64,000 nt of DNA from an uncultured Verrucomicrobiales bacterium (GCA_964622095.1 CAZUPP010000001.1:67393-131392), one strand, 5' to 3'. Numbered from the stretch's first letter, positions 47,334-57,334 are shown. Translations and numbers: made by a program. Notes: generated by a model from the sequence alone, not told the origin.

Positions 47334-49638
47334 GCCACCATTCTCCAGCGAGAATCCGCCCGAACCCGAGATCACGCCGGACTTGATAACCAGGCACGGC
47401 ATCACTCCGGAGGAATACGAGAAAATCCGTGAGATTCTTGGCCGGGAACCGAGCTTTACGGAGCTGGGAGTTTTCTCGGTCATGTGGAGTGAGCACTGTT
47501 CCTATAAGAACTCAAAGCTGGAGCTGAAGAAGTTTCCTGCGGGCGGTCCGCGCATGCTGATCCGGGCAGGGGAAGAGAATGCCGGTGTTGTCGACATCGG
47601 GGATGGGTGGGCCATTTCCTTTAAGATTGAGAGTCATAATCACCCCAGCGCGGTGGAGCCATTTCAGGGAGCAGCGACGGGCGTGGGGGGCATCATCCGG
47701 GACATCTTCACGATGGGCGCACGACCGGTCTTTGGGCTGAACTCCCTGCGCTTCGGGCCAATCAGTGACCCGCGCGGGGAGATTTCCGCTGAACGGCTGA
47801 AACGCAATCAGCAGCTTTTCCGCGGGGTGGTGGCGGGCATTTCTCACTACGGAAATTGCGTGGGGGTGCCGACGATCGGAGGGGAAGTTTACTTTGATGA
47901 AAGCTACGAAGGGAACCCGCTGGTGAACGTCTTTTGCCTGGGGGTGCTCCGGCATGAGGAAATCCGGCGCGGTGCGGCCGAAGGAGTGGGCAACGCGGTT
48001 TTTTATGTGGGCGCGGAGACGGGCCGGGATGGACTGGCCGGTGCAGCCTTCGCCAGCCGGGAATTGACGGAGGAGAGCAAGGAAGACCGGCCGGCCGTGC
48101 AGGTGGGTGATCCATTTCGCGAGAAACTCCTGCTTGAGGCGTGCCTTGAGCTTTTCCAGGGAGACGCGGTGGCCGGGGTGCAGGATATGGGGGCGGCCGG
48201 GCTGACCTGCAGCACATGCGAAACCGCGAGCCGGGCAGGAAACGGAGTTGAGATTGAGCTCGATCTCGTGCCGAAACGGGAGGACGGAATGACCCCCTAT
48301 GAGATTCTTCTGAGCGAAAGCCAGGAGCGCATGCTCATCATCGTCAAGCAGGGCCGGGAAGGTGAAGTGGAGCGGGTGTTCCAGAAATGGGAATTGCCCT
48401 ACGCCCGGCTCGGCGAAGTGACGGCGGATGGAATGATGCGGGTGAAACAGGGGGGACGAACCTTTGTCGAAATCCCGGCCCGCGCCCTGGCAGATGACGC
48501 ACCGCTCTACGCGAGAGAATTCCGTGCCCCACTGCCAAGAGCGACGGTGGACGAGGTGTGGAGCGGGCTTCCGCATCTGCCGATCCCGGAAATCCTGCCC
48601 AGGCTTTTGGCCGATCCGGTCTTTGCCTCGAAAAATTGGGTTTACCGGCAGTACGATCACATGGTGCAGACTGGCACGGTGCTTCGGCCCGGGGCGGACG
48701 CGGCGGTCTTTTACCTCCGGGAAGCCAATAAATATCTGGCGGCGACGACCGATTGCAATGGCCTGTATTGCCTCCTGGATCCCCGCGAGGGTGCCCGGGC
48801 GGCGATCGCGGAGGCGGCGCGGAACATTACCTGCACCGGAGCGGTGCCATTGGCTGTCACGGACAATCTGAATTTCGGAAACCCTTACAAGCCGGAGAAT
48901 TTCTGGCAGATCCGCGAAGCGGTTGAAGGGATGGCGGAGGCGTGCCGGGTCTTCGAGACCCCGGTGACGGGAGGGAATGTCAGTCTGTATAATGAAAATC
49001 CTGCGGGAGCCGTCGATCCCACTCCGGTGGCCGGCATGGTCGGGTTGATCGAAGACGAGGCCCATATCACCCCCGGCGTTTTCCAGCAGAAAGGAGATGA
49101 TGTGATCCTGCTGGGGCCGCTGGGAGATGAAATGGGTGGCAGCCAGTATCTCCTTCGCCTGCATGGGATCAAGGCGGGTCCGCCGCCAGCGGCGGATCTG
49201 GAAAGACAGAAGCAGTTGCTGAATGTGCTGCGTGAGATGATTCAGGGCGGGCTGGTGCGCGGTGCGCATGACTGTGCGGAGGGCGGATTAGCTGTCGCTC
49301 TGGCGGAATGCTGTTTTGCAGATGATGAAAGCGGAGACGGGGCGTGCTTAGGAGCGGAGATCGATCTGGCGTCGGATGATGCACCGGAGAATGCGGTGCT
49401 GCTCTTCAATGAGACCCAGGGCCGCATTGTGATCTCGGCAAAGCCGGAGCAGACCCCCGAGATTCTTGAGTTGGCCCGCCGAGGCGGCGTCCCCGCACAG
49501 CGCCTCGGCCGGGTATGGCCGGAAGCCCTGATCATCCATACCGCTCGTGCCACCTACCAGTGGCCAGTGGAAGAGTTGCGCCGGATCTGGTGGGAAAGTC
49601 TCGCTCGCATCATGTCAGGTGCGGCCGAGCAGAAGTGA
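47308..49638 (+). CDS. purL: Phosphoribosylformylglycinamidine synthase subunit PurL
   Basis: [39 protein letters not shown] and [13 protein letters not shown]. The start is uncertain (ATG at 47308, 47317 or 47320); the ORF opens at 47230 and overlaps the upstream gene. Confidence 0.9.
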   Translation: MTQMMLRSEPPFSSENPPEPEITPDLITRHGITPEEYEKIREILGREPSFTELGVFSVMWSEHCSYKNSKLELKKFPAGGPRMLIRAGEENAGVVDIGDGWAISFKIESHNHPSAVEPFQGAATGVGGIIRDIFTMGARPVFGLNSLRFGPISDPRGEISAERLKRNQQLFRGVVAGISHYGNCVGVPTIGGEVYFDESYEGNPLVNVFCLGVLRHEEIRRGAAEGVGNAVFYVGAETGRDGLAGAAFASRELTEESKEDRPAVQVGDPFREKLLLEACLELFQGDAVAGVQDMGAAGLTCSTCETASRAGNGVEIELDLVPKREDGMTPYEILLSESQERMLIIVKQGREGEVERVFQKWELPYARLGEVTADGMMRVKQGGRTFVEIPARALADDAPLYAREFRAPLPRATVDEVWSGLPHLPIPEILPRLLADPVFASKNWVYRQYDHMVQTGTVLRPGADAAVFYLREANKYLAATTDCNGLYCLLDPREGARAAIAEAARNITCTGAVPLAVTDNLNFGNPYKPENFWQIREAVEGMAEACRVFETPVTGGNVSLYNENPAGAVDPTPVAGMVGLIEDEAHITPGVFQQKGDDVILLGPLGDEMGGSQYLLRLHGIKAGPPPAADLERQKQLLNVLREMIQGGLVRGAHDCAEGGLAVALAECCFADDESGDGACLGAEIDLASDDAPENAVLLFNETQGRIVISAKPEQTPEILELARRGGVPAQRLGRVWPEALIIHTARATYQWPVEELRRIWWESLARIMSGAAEQK

Positions 49639-49757
49639 ACGCTTTTCTTGCCCTGGCGGTCTGGAGAGGACAGTCTGCGCGTGACGCAAGGGGAAGGCTA
49701 TGCGTCTTTGGCCTTCACCACTGTGATTTTTTCAAGACTACCACGATCCATCATCCT

Positions 49758-50498
49758 ATGACTCATTTCATGTCCAACGCGACCCGCCGGGTACTTTTAA
49801 TCCTTTGCCTCAGCGGGCTTGGAGCCACCGGCACGATAAGCTTTGCACAGAAAGAAAGCGCTACCGCGACCGCGGCCAGCGATAAAATTGAGACCAATAT
49901 ACCCGAGAATTTTTCCGTGACCGCCACGCTTCGGGATATCGGCGGGACCGAAACAAAAACTCAGGTCAAAATCTATCGGCTGGGCGCAAAATATCGCGCT
50001 GAAATAAAAAGCCCACAAGGTCTTGGACCAGATATAACCATGATCGTGGATACCGAGTCAGAGAAAAACATCCAGCTGATGGAGGCGGACAAACTATACT
50101 CGGAAATGAGCTATAATCCGGAAGTGGTCATGTTATTTGAGTTAGATAAAATGGCTGAGGAAGAAGGGGTGACAATTTCACGCCAGGGCGAAAAGGAGGT
50201 GGAGGGCCAGAAAACGATCGAATATGAGATCACTGATTCCAGCCGGGATTTAGAGATTTTGGCTTATTTGAACAAAGAAAACGGATTTCCGGTGCTCTTT
50301 AAGAACGAAGCTGAGAAAGAAGAGATCGTCCTTTCAGAGTTTTCCGGGGAAGCTCCAGATAAAGCACTTTTTGAAGTGCCCGAAGATTTTCGTGATATGA
50401 ACTCAATCCGAACGGAAGAGCCGGCGGAGAACGAAGCAAAACCGGTCGAAGCTCCGGAGAGTGAAGGGGAAGGGGAAGAAGAGGGGTCGGAAGAATAA
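49758..50498 (+). CDS. Secreted hypothetical protein with acidic tail (LolA/DUF4412-like impression)
   Basis: Signal peptide RRVLLILCLSGLGATGTISFAQ, a beta-rich body, and the C-terminal tail EAPESEGEGEEEGSEE. The ORF opens at 49515. Confidence 0.5.
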   Translation: MTHFMSNATRRVLLILCLSGLGATGTISFAQKESATATAASDKIETNIPENFSVTATLRDIGGTETKTQVKIYRLGAKYRAEIKSPQGLGPDITMIVDTESEKNIQLMEADKLYSEMSYNPEVVMLFELDKMAEEEGVTISRQGEKEVEGQKTIEYEITDSSRDLEILAYLNKENGFPVLFKNEAEKEEIVLSEFSGEAPDKALFEVPEDFRDMNSIRTEEPAENEAKPVEAPESEGEGEEEGSEE

Positions 50499-50529
50499 GC
50501 GCCGGGCCGAAATATTCAGTAATCTGAAT

Positions 50530-50805
50530 TTATCTTTCCTGGGACGGCATTTCCTCAAGGAGATAATCTTCCACCACGGGATTGGAAAGCAGGTCCCGGC
50601 ATAAGCGGTGGAGGGTGGTCTGAAGGTCCTCGCCGTGGCTGGCGACCGTGCCGACCTTCTCAGGGTCAATGTCCAGATAGATCACCTTGCCCACCCGCGT
50701 TTCCCGGAGGGCATCCATGCCCTGATGATGAATAGCGTCCCGGACGGCCACGCCCTGGGGATCCAGGACACTTTCTTTCGGCATGACGATGACTCGGTAT
50801 TTCAT
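50530..50805 (-). CDS. purS: Phosphoribosylformylglycinamidine synthase subunit PurS
   Basis: MKYRVIVMPKESVLDPQGVAVRDAI...LSNPVVEDY across 91 aa. Confidence 0.85.
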   Translation of the reverse strand: MKYRVIVMPKESVLDPQGVAVRDAIHHQGMDALRETRVGKVIYLDIDPEKVGTVASHGEDLQTTLHRLCRDLLSNPVVEDYLLEEMPSQER

Positions 50806-50817
50806 GGAGCTGGACAG

Positions 50818-52332
50818 TCAGGTGTTTTTGCCATTCTCACTGAGCTTGGACCAGTCCACCCCGCGCATATCACCCGTTTCCAGGAAGCGCTGGTGCATGG
50901 CGAAAGCGAGGGCGAGCGTCTCTGGAGTGTAACCTTCCTTGGCCAGCTCACAGTAGCCCTGGAGTTCATCACGAAAATCCGGGTGGGCACAGTTTTGAAT
51001 GATGGTGCGGGCACGCGTCGCCGGGTCCAGGGTTCTGAGGTTGGCCACACCCTGTTCGGTGACCACGACCTGAACGGAGTGCTCACTGTGATCCATATGG
51101 CTGCAATGCGGGACGACCGCACTGATCGCCCCATTCTTCGCCACGGAGGGGCAGGTAAAGATCGACAGGTAAGCATTTCGCGTGAAATCCCCGGAACCGC
51201 CGATCCCATTCATCATATTGCGACCGAATACGTGAGTACTGTTTACGTTGCCAAAGATATCCACCTCAATCGCGGTATTGATGGAAATAACGCCCAGACG
51301 GCGTGCCACCTCCGGGCTGTTGGAAACTTCCTGGGGACGAAGAATGATTCTGCGCTTCATCTCATCCAGGTGCTCATAGAAAAACTTCATTTTCTCCGGG
51401 CTCAACGTCAGGGAGGTTGCGCTCACGAAGCGGACATGGCCCTCCATGATTAAATCCACGACGGAGTCCTGGAGCACCTCAGAATACATCTGGAACGGCG
51501 GGATATCCGGGTGTTCACCCAAGGCGCGCAAAACGGCATTGGCGACATTTCCCACGCCGGATTGAATGGGCAGGAATCCTTTCGGGATGTGGTTATCATG
51601 CATTTCCCGGGCCAGAAATTCCGCGACGTTTTCCCCGATTTTCTGGGTGACTTCATCACTCTCGCGGAAGGCGGCGGTTTCATCCTCCTCATTGGAGTGG
51701 ACGATGCCCGCGATCTTGGAGGGATCAATCTGGACGACCTCGGAGCCGATCCGGTCATCGGCGGCATAGACGGGGATTTCCCGGCGGTAGGGAGGATCGA
51801 GCGGTTCGTAGATATCGTGAATCCCGCGCAGGTCCGGCGGGTGACGCTGATTCCACTCCAGAAGAACGCGCTGAGCCTGTTTGAGATAGGTGGGAGAAGC
51901 CCCGATGGAAGTGGAAAGGACAAGGCTGCCATCCTCGCGGACATCGGACACCTCCACGACGGCCCAGTGGATCGGCCCCAGAAAACCGTAGCGTACGTAC
52001 TGGGGGACGAGGGAAAGGTGCATATCAAAGAAGCGGGTCTGGCCGCGGTTGATGCGCTCCCGCAGCGTTTTGTCAGACTGGTAGGGGGTACGCCAGAGAA
52101 CGGCGTCCGCCTTGGCCAGTTCACCGTCCAGGGAGATCCCGGTAGAGGCGCCGGTGAGCACCCCGATCTTGAAGGAGCGGCCGCCTTCATGCTCCTGCAT
52201 GGCGCGTTTGGCAATCGCTCGTGGAATGGCCTTGGGAGCGCCTGCCGGGGTGAAACCGCTGAAGCCAACGGTTTGGCCGTCTTCGATCATGGCGGCAGCT
52301 TCTTCAGGGGTCAAAGTCGGGAAATTAGACAT
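50818..52332 (-). CDS. Acetyl-CoA hydrolase/transferase family protein (succinate/acetate CoA-transferase-like)
   Basis: LTPEEAAAMIEDGQTVGFSGFTPAGAPKAIPRAIAKRA...GIGGSGDFTRNA...HSEHSVQVVVTEQGVA across about 500 aa. Confidence 0.85.
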   Translation of the reverse strand: MSNFPTLTPEEAAAMIEDGQTVGFSGFTPAGAPKAIPRAIAKRAMQEHEGGRSFKIGVLTGASTGISLDGELAKADAVLWRTPYQSDKTLRERINRGQTRFFDMHLSLVPQYVRYGFLGPIHWAVVEVSDVREDGSLVLSTSIGASPTYLKQAQRVLLEWNQRHPPDLRGIHDIYEPLDPPYRREIPVYAADDRIGSEVVQIDPSKIAGIVHSNEEDETAAFRESDEVTQKIGENVAEFLAREMHDNHIPKGFLPIQSGVGNVANAVLRALGEHPDIPPFQMYSEVLQDSVVDLIMEGHVRFVSATSLTLSPEKMKFFYEHLDEMKRRIILRPQEVSNSPEVARRLGVISINTAIEVDIFGNVNSTHVFGRNMMNGIGGSGDFTRNAYLSIFTCPSVAKNGAISAVVPHCSHMDHSEHSVQVVVTEQGVANLRTLDPATRARTIIQNCAHPDFRDELQGYCELAKEGYTPETLALAFAMHQRFLETGDMRGVDWSKLSENGKNT

Positions 52333-52605
52333 CGTGAACAGTCAGTGATGTGATCAGGGATGAATGAAACAGGCAGCTGCGGTGAGCTGTGGATCGGAGG
52401 TGTCCGGGCAGGTGACTCCGGATGCCGAAGCGTGTCAATCACCGCGAAGTGATTGGAGGGCGTCCCCCCGCCGGAACAATCGTCTATCAGAAATGGAGGG
52501 CGTTCAAAGTTCAAAGTCACGGCGCTACATCTTGCCGCACTTGATCTGGATCGACGGCGGAAAGCGTGCGAGGACGCGGACTGGGCAGGTTGCGGGAGAA
52601 GAGCA

Positions 52606-52627
52606 TTTTACCGAACGGTCGGTAAAA
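52606..52627. repeat. Perfect 9-bp inverted repeat TTTTACCGA-ACGG-TCGGTAAAA
   Basis: Read directly from the sequence, inside the 943-bp divergent intergenic region. A near-copy lies at 52681-52700. Confidence 0.6.
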
Positions 52628-52680
52628 CGGGAAAGAAACGTGTGAAGCAAGGTGGTTGAAAATGAGGTAGTTAGAGAGAT

Positions 52681-52700
52681 ATTTTACCGATCGTTAAAAC
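52681..52700. repeat. Near-palindrome ATTTTACCGATCGTTAAAAC (related to 52606-52627)
   Basis: It shares ATTTTACCGA and T-C-G-(G/T)-T-A-A-A-A-C with the first site, has no spacer, and has one arm mismatch. Confidence 0.5.
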
Positions 52701-52858
52701 TGGCAAGAGAATCCGCGAGGTGTCAGTGGATGCTGAGCGCGAGAGAAAGTGCATCAGGAGGAGCGGGAGCGGAAGCAGAGCGGCGCTGGGGGCGGAAGGA
52801 TGAATGAGCGGAATGATGGCTCCAGTATCAATATGCCACAGGTCCGGGTGGGATGCAT

Positions 52859-52991
52859 CACGTCCGGGACGTCCGGGATGTCCGGGGCGAAAAAAGTAGG
52901 CGGCGGAGAAAATAAGCTGGGTAAGGGAGAGGGGGGCGGCCAGGCGGAGCCGCCTCGCAACGAACGTTCGTTCAGCACAGCTGAACGTGGC
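52859..52991 (+). repeat. Intergenic structured element, copy A
   Basis: ACGTCCGGG ACGTCCGGG ATGTCCGGG (52860-52886), an A6 tract, a G-rich spacer, the palindrome AACGAACGTTCGTT (52959-52972) and the hairpin CGTTCAGC-ACA-GCTGAACG (52969-52987). A homologous inverted copy lies at 10955-11081. Confidence 0.5.
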
Positions 52992-53275
52992 AAAGGCTCT
53001 GGGTTCCGGCGTTTTGTCCCATATTCTTCCGCCGAGCGAGTTTTGACGGACGCTCTGACACATGGTGTGTTCTGTTCGATCAGGCAGCGGATGAGGGTAA
53101 GGGGTGGCCCTTGTGGTAATCCCGTTGGTCTCTGGATGTTAACTCCACAGAACAGAGTCCATCGAGAGGGGGGTAAGGAAACTGAATATCGTACTAATAG
53201 GCTTGCTGAACGCACGGTTCTGTTCCACGAAAGGTTATTGGCGGTAAAGGTGTCCACTGGCACCCGGGGTATACG

Positions 53276-56200
53276 GTGATGCGCTCAATCCTTCCCAGTT
53301 TCACGAGCATCCACTTTACCATGGTGGTATGCATGACCATGGTCGTGACCATGCTGGCGGCCGCTCTCCTGTTTATCGGCAGGAAGAGTGAGCAGGAGAA
53401 GGTCAGCCGTCTGGCCAGTGAGCTGCATGACCGCACCGGATTCTGGGCCGGGCATATGCTGGAGGATGACCTGGAAGAAGCGGAGATCGCCTCCGATCTC
53501 GCCGCAGGCGCGACCAGGCTCAACCTGATCAATCCGGCGAGCGAGGAAGAATTCGGCTACGAATCCCTGCTGGAGATTTTCCACCGGTTTCCGGGAGTTT
53601 CATCCATATATTTCTGTAATGCGGACGGGAGAATGGCCGGTCCGGCCCGAACGGGTGAGCACATCTTTTTTGGAATGCTGGAGGAGGGATCCAGTGAGCT
53701 GCAAATCTATGAAGTCCGTCACGGGGATAAACTGGGAAAGCGGAAGCACACCATTCGTAATTATTTTCCTAAAGAACGAGTTTGGTATCAGCGGGCGATT
53801 CAAGCCAAAGGCGAACCGGTCTGGACGGTTTACAGCAGTGTTCTGACCGGTGAAGCCTGCATCACGATATCTTCTGCCGTCTACGGCGAGGCCGGTAGTT
53901 TAAAAGCCGTGGTGGGCGCTGATATTTCTGTGGGATTTGATCTGAAGAAAATCAGTGAGCAGATTGATCTGGGTGAAGGGATTATTCTGCTGCTGGACGG
54001 TGAAGGAAGACTGTTGGCCAAGGAAGAGCGGTCAACTCTGCAACCGGCCACGGCTGACTGGTCGGAGCCCCTGCCCATCGCGGCGGACAGTGAAGACCCC
54101 ACCATTCAGCAAATCCTGAAGATATTGCAGGAGGAAGGCGGTGACAGCGAAGACGGAGAGCAGGGAGGCCGTTTGGGCAAGGCGTTCACCAGGGAGTTGC
54201 TGGGCGAAAAACATATCATTTCAGCGCATGACCTTCAGATCCCGGAAGAGCTTGGGCTAAAATTGATTGTGGCAACCCCGGAAAGAATTCTCATGGCTGG
54301 TTTTCGAAAAGTGGAGTCGACGTGGATTCGCTGGAGCGCACTTACCTTAATTTTGGCTCTGGCTGGAGGTTTTGTCATCGCACAGGTTTTGACAAAGCCG
54401 GTGCGGGCGCTGAGTAAGGCGACCGATCAATTAGCTAAAGGGAAGTGGGATTATGAATTGCCGACCGAACGGAAGGACGAGTTTGGAAAACTAGCACGAG
54501 GTTTTCGAAGCATGTCGGAGAAACTGAAGCATTCCTTTGATGCGCTGGAGAACCGGGTTCGGATCGTGGCAGACAGCCTGCCGGTGACCTTCTTTGAGTT
54601 GGAGTTCAGACCTTCCACAGGAGTTCAGTTGATTTATATCAGCCCACAGAGTGAGGAAATGTTCGGTATATCTCCGGCCGAGGCAATCAACGATGGAGAC
54701 GCTTTCTGGAAAAAATTAGCGGCAGATTCAGACCGGTTGTATGGCAGTTTGGCGGAGGCGACGGAGAAGAACAGCATCTGGAGATTTGAAGGCCACTTTC
54801 AGTCCGGGGAGAAACATTCTTCGTGGCGGGCGACTGCCGTCCCGGTTCCAGTGGATAACGAAGTGCCCGCAGAGAGCGAGGCGGCTTCCCTCCGGTTTCA
54901 TGGCCTGATCCTGGACGTTACCCAGGAGGTGGAGGCGGCGGAGAAAATCCGGCGGGGACAGGTTAATCTCAGAGAAAGCGAGGAACTCTACCGCAGCCTG
55001 GTTGAGCGGGCGAAGGAAGGGATTGTGATCATGCAGGATGAGCGCTGTGTTTATGCCAACAGATCATTTGAAGAGATGCTGGGCTATGAAAGCGGGGAGG
55101 TGGTCAACCTCCAGGTTGAACAGGTGGTGCATCCGTCCGAGCTTATTAGAATTGTAAAAAACTACCGTCGGCGCATGCGTGGAGCGGAAGATGTCCCGGA
55201 CATGTATGAAACGAAATTACTGCGCAAGGACGGATCCGTATTGGAAGTAGAGGTCAGCGCGGTGAGGGTGCAGCACCAGGGGCGGCTGGCCAATCAGGCG
55301 ATCTTCCGGGACATCACCGAGCGCAAAGAAGCCGCCGAGGCGATTGAACGGAGCCAGAAATACTACCGGGCGCTGATCGAGCTTTCCTCCGAAGGAATTG
55401 TGATCATGGACCGGGAAGGACGGGTGACCTATGAGAGCCCGGCCAACGAACGCATTCTGGGATATCCAACCGGAGAATCAATCGGGAAGAAGGTCTATGA
55501 TTTCATTCATGAATCAGACCGGGACATGGTGCAGGAGCGCATGAATATGCTGCTGACCCGGCCAGGAGCGATGGACAGTACAGTCTTGCGGGTAAAAGCA
55601 AAGAACGGCTCCTGGCGCATGCTGGAGGTCAGTGCGCGCAACGCTTCAGAGGATCTGTTGATCAACGGGGTTGTTCTGAATTTCCGCGACATTACCCGGC
55701 GCATTATAGCCGAGCAGGAACTGCGTATCGCGAAAGAGCAGGCGGAGGCGGCCAACCGGGCGAAGAGTGAGTTTCTGGCAAACATGAGCCATGAGATCCG
55801 CACACCGATGAATTCGATTCTGGGTTTTGCGAAGCTGCTGGAAATGGAATTGAGTTCAGAGCGGCATCAGGCTCATCTTCGCTCGATCACGAGCAGCGGC
55901 AATACACTGCTTTCCCTCATCAATGATCTGCTTGATCTATCAAAAATTGAAGCGGGCAAACTCTCTCTGCAGATTGAACCGGCGGATATCCGGCGCATGG
56001 TCCATGACGTTTATGAGATGTTTTATCTGCGGGCTTCACAACGGGGGGTGACCGTGATTACGGAAGTGGACCATGCCCTTCCCAGCCGTCTCTGTCTCGA
56101 TGAAATACGGGTGCGTCAGATCCTGATCAATCTGGTTGGCAACGCAGTTAAATTCACGCACCAGGGACATATCAAACTCCGCGCCCAATTAATTGAAGGC

Positions 56201-57334
56201 GCCACGCAAGCGGGCCGGGTCAATTTGCGGCTGATGGTGGAAGATACAGGAATCGGTATCGCACCTGAGGATCAGGAAAGAATTTTTCAGGCATTCGAGC
56301 AGAAATCCAACCAGAAAAACCGTGATTACGGCGGCACCGGTTTGGGGCTGACGATTTCCCGGCGTCTGGCGGAGATGATGGGTGGAAAGTTGACTCTTCT
56401 AAGCACCCCGGGACGCGGGAGCCGATTTATATTTGAGCTACCGGACATAGTTCCCGTCACGGCGGAGACAAACGCCGTCCAGGTCAGGGAAACGGCGAGG
56501 GAGCGGGCCTTGTCATCTGTCGAGATCGAAGACCACCGGGATAATCTGACCGAGATCATGCCGGCGCATCTTTTGCTTATTCAGGAGGAAAGCGAGGAGC
56601 GCACGGTGCTGACGAAGCAACTGGAAAAACTCGGGATGTGCGTGAGCCATGCCACCAATGGCTCGACCGGCCTGAGAAAAGCGAGGGAAGGAAATGTAGA
56701 CGCGGTCTTGCTGGATCTTCATGTGCCCGTGATTGACGGGCGTGAAGTAGCCCGGCGCCTACGCGAAGACAGGCAAACCGCATCAATACCGATTTATGCT
56801 CTAAAAAACAGTCTCTCGACGGTGGCTGATTCCGTCCGGGAAATGCTGGGCTTGAATGGCGTGATTTCGCAGCCGGCCGATCTGCCTGCCCTGCACCATC
56901 AATTGACGGACCTGCCGCGAAATGCTTCCGCCGCTCCGCCCACGGAGGGAAAGCCTCTCCTGTTTGAACGCCGGGTTTCTCCTCATCTTCCGGACTCGGT
57001 TGAGCGGGTGGAAGAATTGCTGCCGGAAACCCTCCTGACCGAGGAGACGCTGACTCGACTCAGTCAACGGATCGAGACAGACCTGCTGACAGACTACCGC
57101 CAGTTAAGCCGCCGCCGCCGGTTGGGAGCAATCAACCAGTTTGCTGATTCCCTTGCTCAATTGGGTGAAGATTATGATCTCCCGCTGCTGCGCGACTATG
57201 AAGCAGAACTGCGCGGAGCCATCGAAGCTTTTGACGTTCAGCATATCAGCAATTGTCTGGAGCGTTTTCCGGTTCTGGCTGATGCCCTGCAGGCAGAGAT
57301 TTCCAAGGCGCAGCGCAAGGCTCAGGATCACTAG
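53276..57334 (+). CDS. Hybrid sensor histidine kinase (Cache-like periplasmic domain, HAMP, 3 PAS, HisKA, HATPase, receiver-like, HPt-like tail)
   Basis: TM plus periplasmic region, then a second TM (WSALTLILALAGGFVIAQV) and HAMP. PAS motifs appear (e.g. GIVIMQDERCVYANRSFEEMLGY). H-box NMSHEIRTPMNSILGF, N-box LINLVGNAVKFT, VEDTGIGI, GGTGLGLTISRRL, and the receiver-like segment AVLLDLHVPVIDG. Confidence 0.9.
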   Translation: MMRSILPSFTSIHFTMVVCMTMVVTMLAAALLFIGRKSEQEKVSRLASELHDRTGFWAGHMLEDDLEEAEIASDLAAGATRLNLINPASEEEFGYESLLEIFHRFPGVSSIYFCNADGRMAGPARTGEHIFFGMLEEGSSELQIYEVRHGDKLGKRKHTIRNYFPKERVWYQRAIQAKGEPVWTVYSSVLTGEACITISSAVYGEAGSLKAVVGADISVGFDLKKISEQIDLGEGIILLLDGEGRLLAKEERSTLQPATADWSEPLPIAADSEDPTIQQILKILQEEGGDSEDGEQGGRLGKAFTRELLGEKHIISAHDLQIPEELGLKLIVATPERILMAGFRKVESTWIRWSALTLILALAGGFVIAQVLTKPVRALSKATDQLAKGKWDYELPTERKDEFGKLARGFRSMSEKLKHSFDALENRVRIVADSLPVTFFELEFRPSTGVQLIYISPQSEEMFGISPAEAINDGDAFWKKLAADSDRLYGSLAEATEKNSIWRFEGHFQSGEKHSSWRATAVPVPVDNEVPAESEAASLRFHGLILDVTQEVEAAEKIRRGQVNLRESEELYRSLVERAKEGIVIMQDERCVYANRSFEEMLGYESGEVVNLQVEQVVHPSELIRIVKNYRRRMRGAEDVPDMYETKLLRKDGSVLEVEVSAVRVQHQGRLANQAIFRDITERKEAAEAIERSQKYYRALIELSSEGIVIMDREGRVTYESPANERILGYPTGESIGKKVYDFIHESDRDMVQERMNMLLTRPGAMDSTVLRVKAKNGSWRMLEVSARNASEDLLINGVVLNFRDITRRIIAEQELRIAKEQAEAANRAKSEFLANMSHEIRTPMNSILGFAKLLEMELSSERHQAHLRSITSSGNTLLSLINDLLDLSKIEAGKLSLQIEPADIRRMVHDVYEMFYLRASQRGVTVITEVDHALPSRLCLDEIRVRQILINLVGNAVKFTHQGHIKLRAQLIEGATQAGRVNLRLMVEDTGIGIAPEDQERIFQAFEQKSNQKNRDYGGTGLGLTISRRLAEMMGGKLTLLSTPGRGSRFIFELPDIVPVTAETNAVQVRETARERALSSVEIEDHRDNLTEIMPAHLLLIQEESEERTVLTKQLEKLGMCVSHATNGSTGLRKAREGNVDAVLLDLHVPVIDGREVARRLREDRQTASIPIYALKNSLSTVADSVREMLGLNGVISQPADLPALHHQLTDLPRNASAAPPTEGKPLLFERRVSPHLPDSVERVEELLPETLLTEETLTRLSQRIETDLLTDYRQLSRRRRLGAINQFADSLAQLGEDYDLPLLRDYEAELRGAIEAFDVQHISNCLERFPVLADALQAEISKAQRKAQDH

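Noticed and set aside
47512-49269. 585-aa ORF on the minus strand
   Set aside because: It is antisense to purL, whose product is recognisable along its whole length. Its composition (Arg/Pro/His-rich) is typical of shadow ORFs.
50608-52353. Two long plus-strand ORFs (281 and 280 aa)
   Set aside because: Both are antisense to the CoA-transferase gene, which has clear family motifs. They are shadow ORFs.
52860-52886. Tandem 9-mers considered as a CRISPR or VNTR locus
   Set aside because: There are only three 9-bp units without spacers, far too short for CRISPR repeats, and no cas genes are in the window. They are reported instead as part of the dispersed element.
52333-53275. Search by eye for RNase P RNA, tmRNA, SRP RNA or 6S RNA in the long gap
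   Set aside because: I saw none of the signature strings on either strand: no GAGGAAAGTCCGGGC-type P4 for RNase P, no tRNA-like GGTTCGAATCC...CCA end for tmRNA, and no SRP GGAAGCAGCC-type motif.
52749-53279. 176-aa plus-strand ORF (and a 169-aa ORF on the opposite strand) in the 943-bp gap
   Set aside because: Both strands are open over the same stretch. The composition is Gly/Arg-rich low complexity with no motif and no start context, so these are probably not genes.
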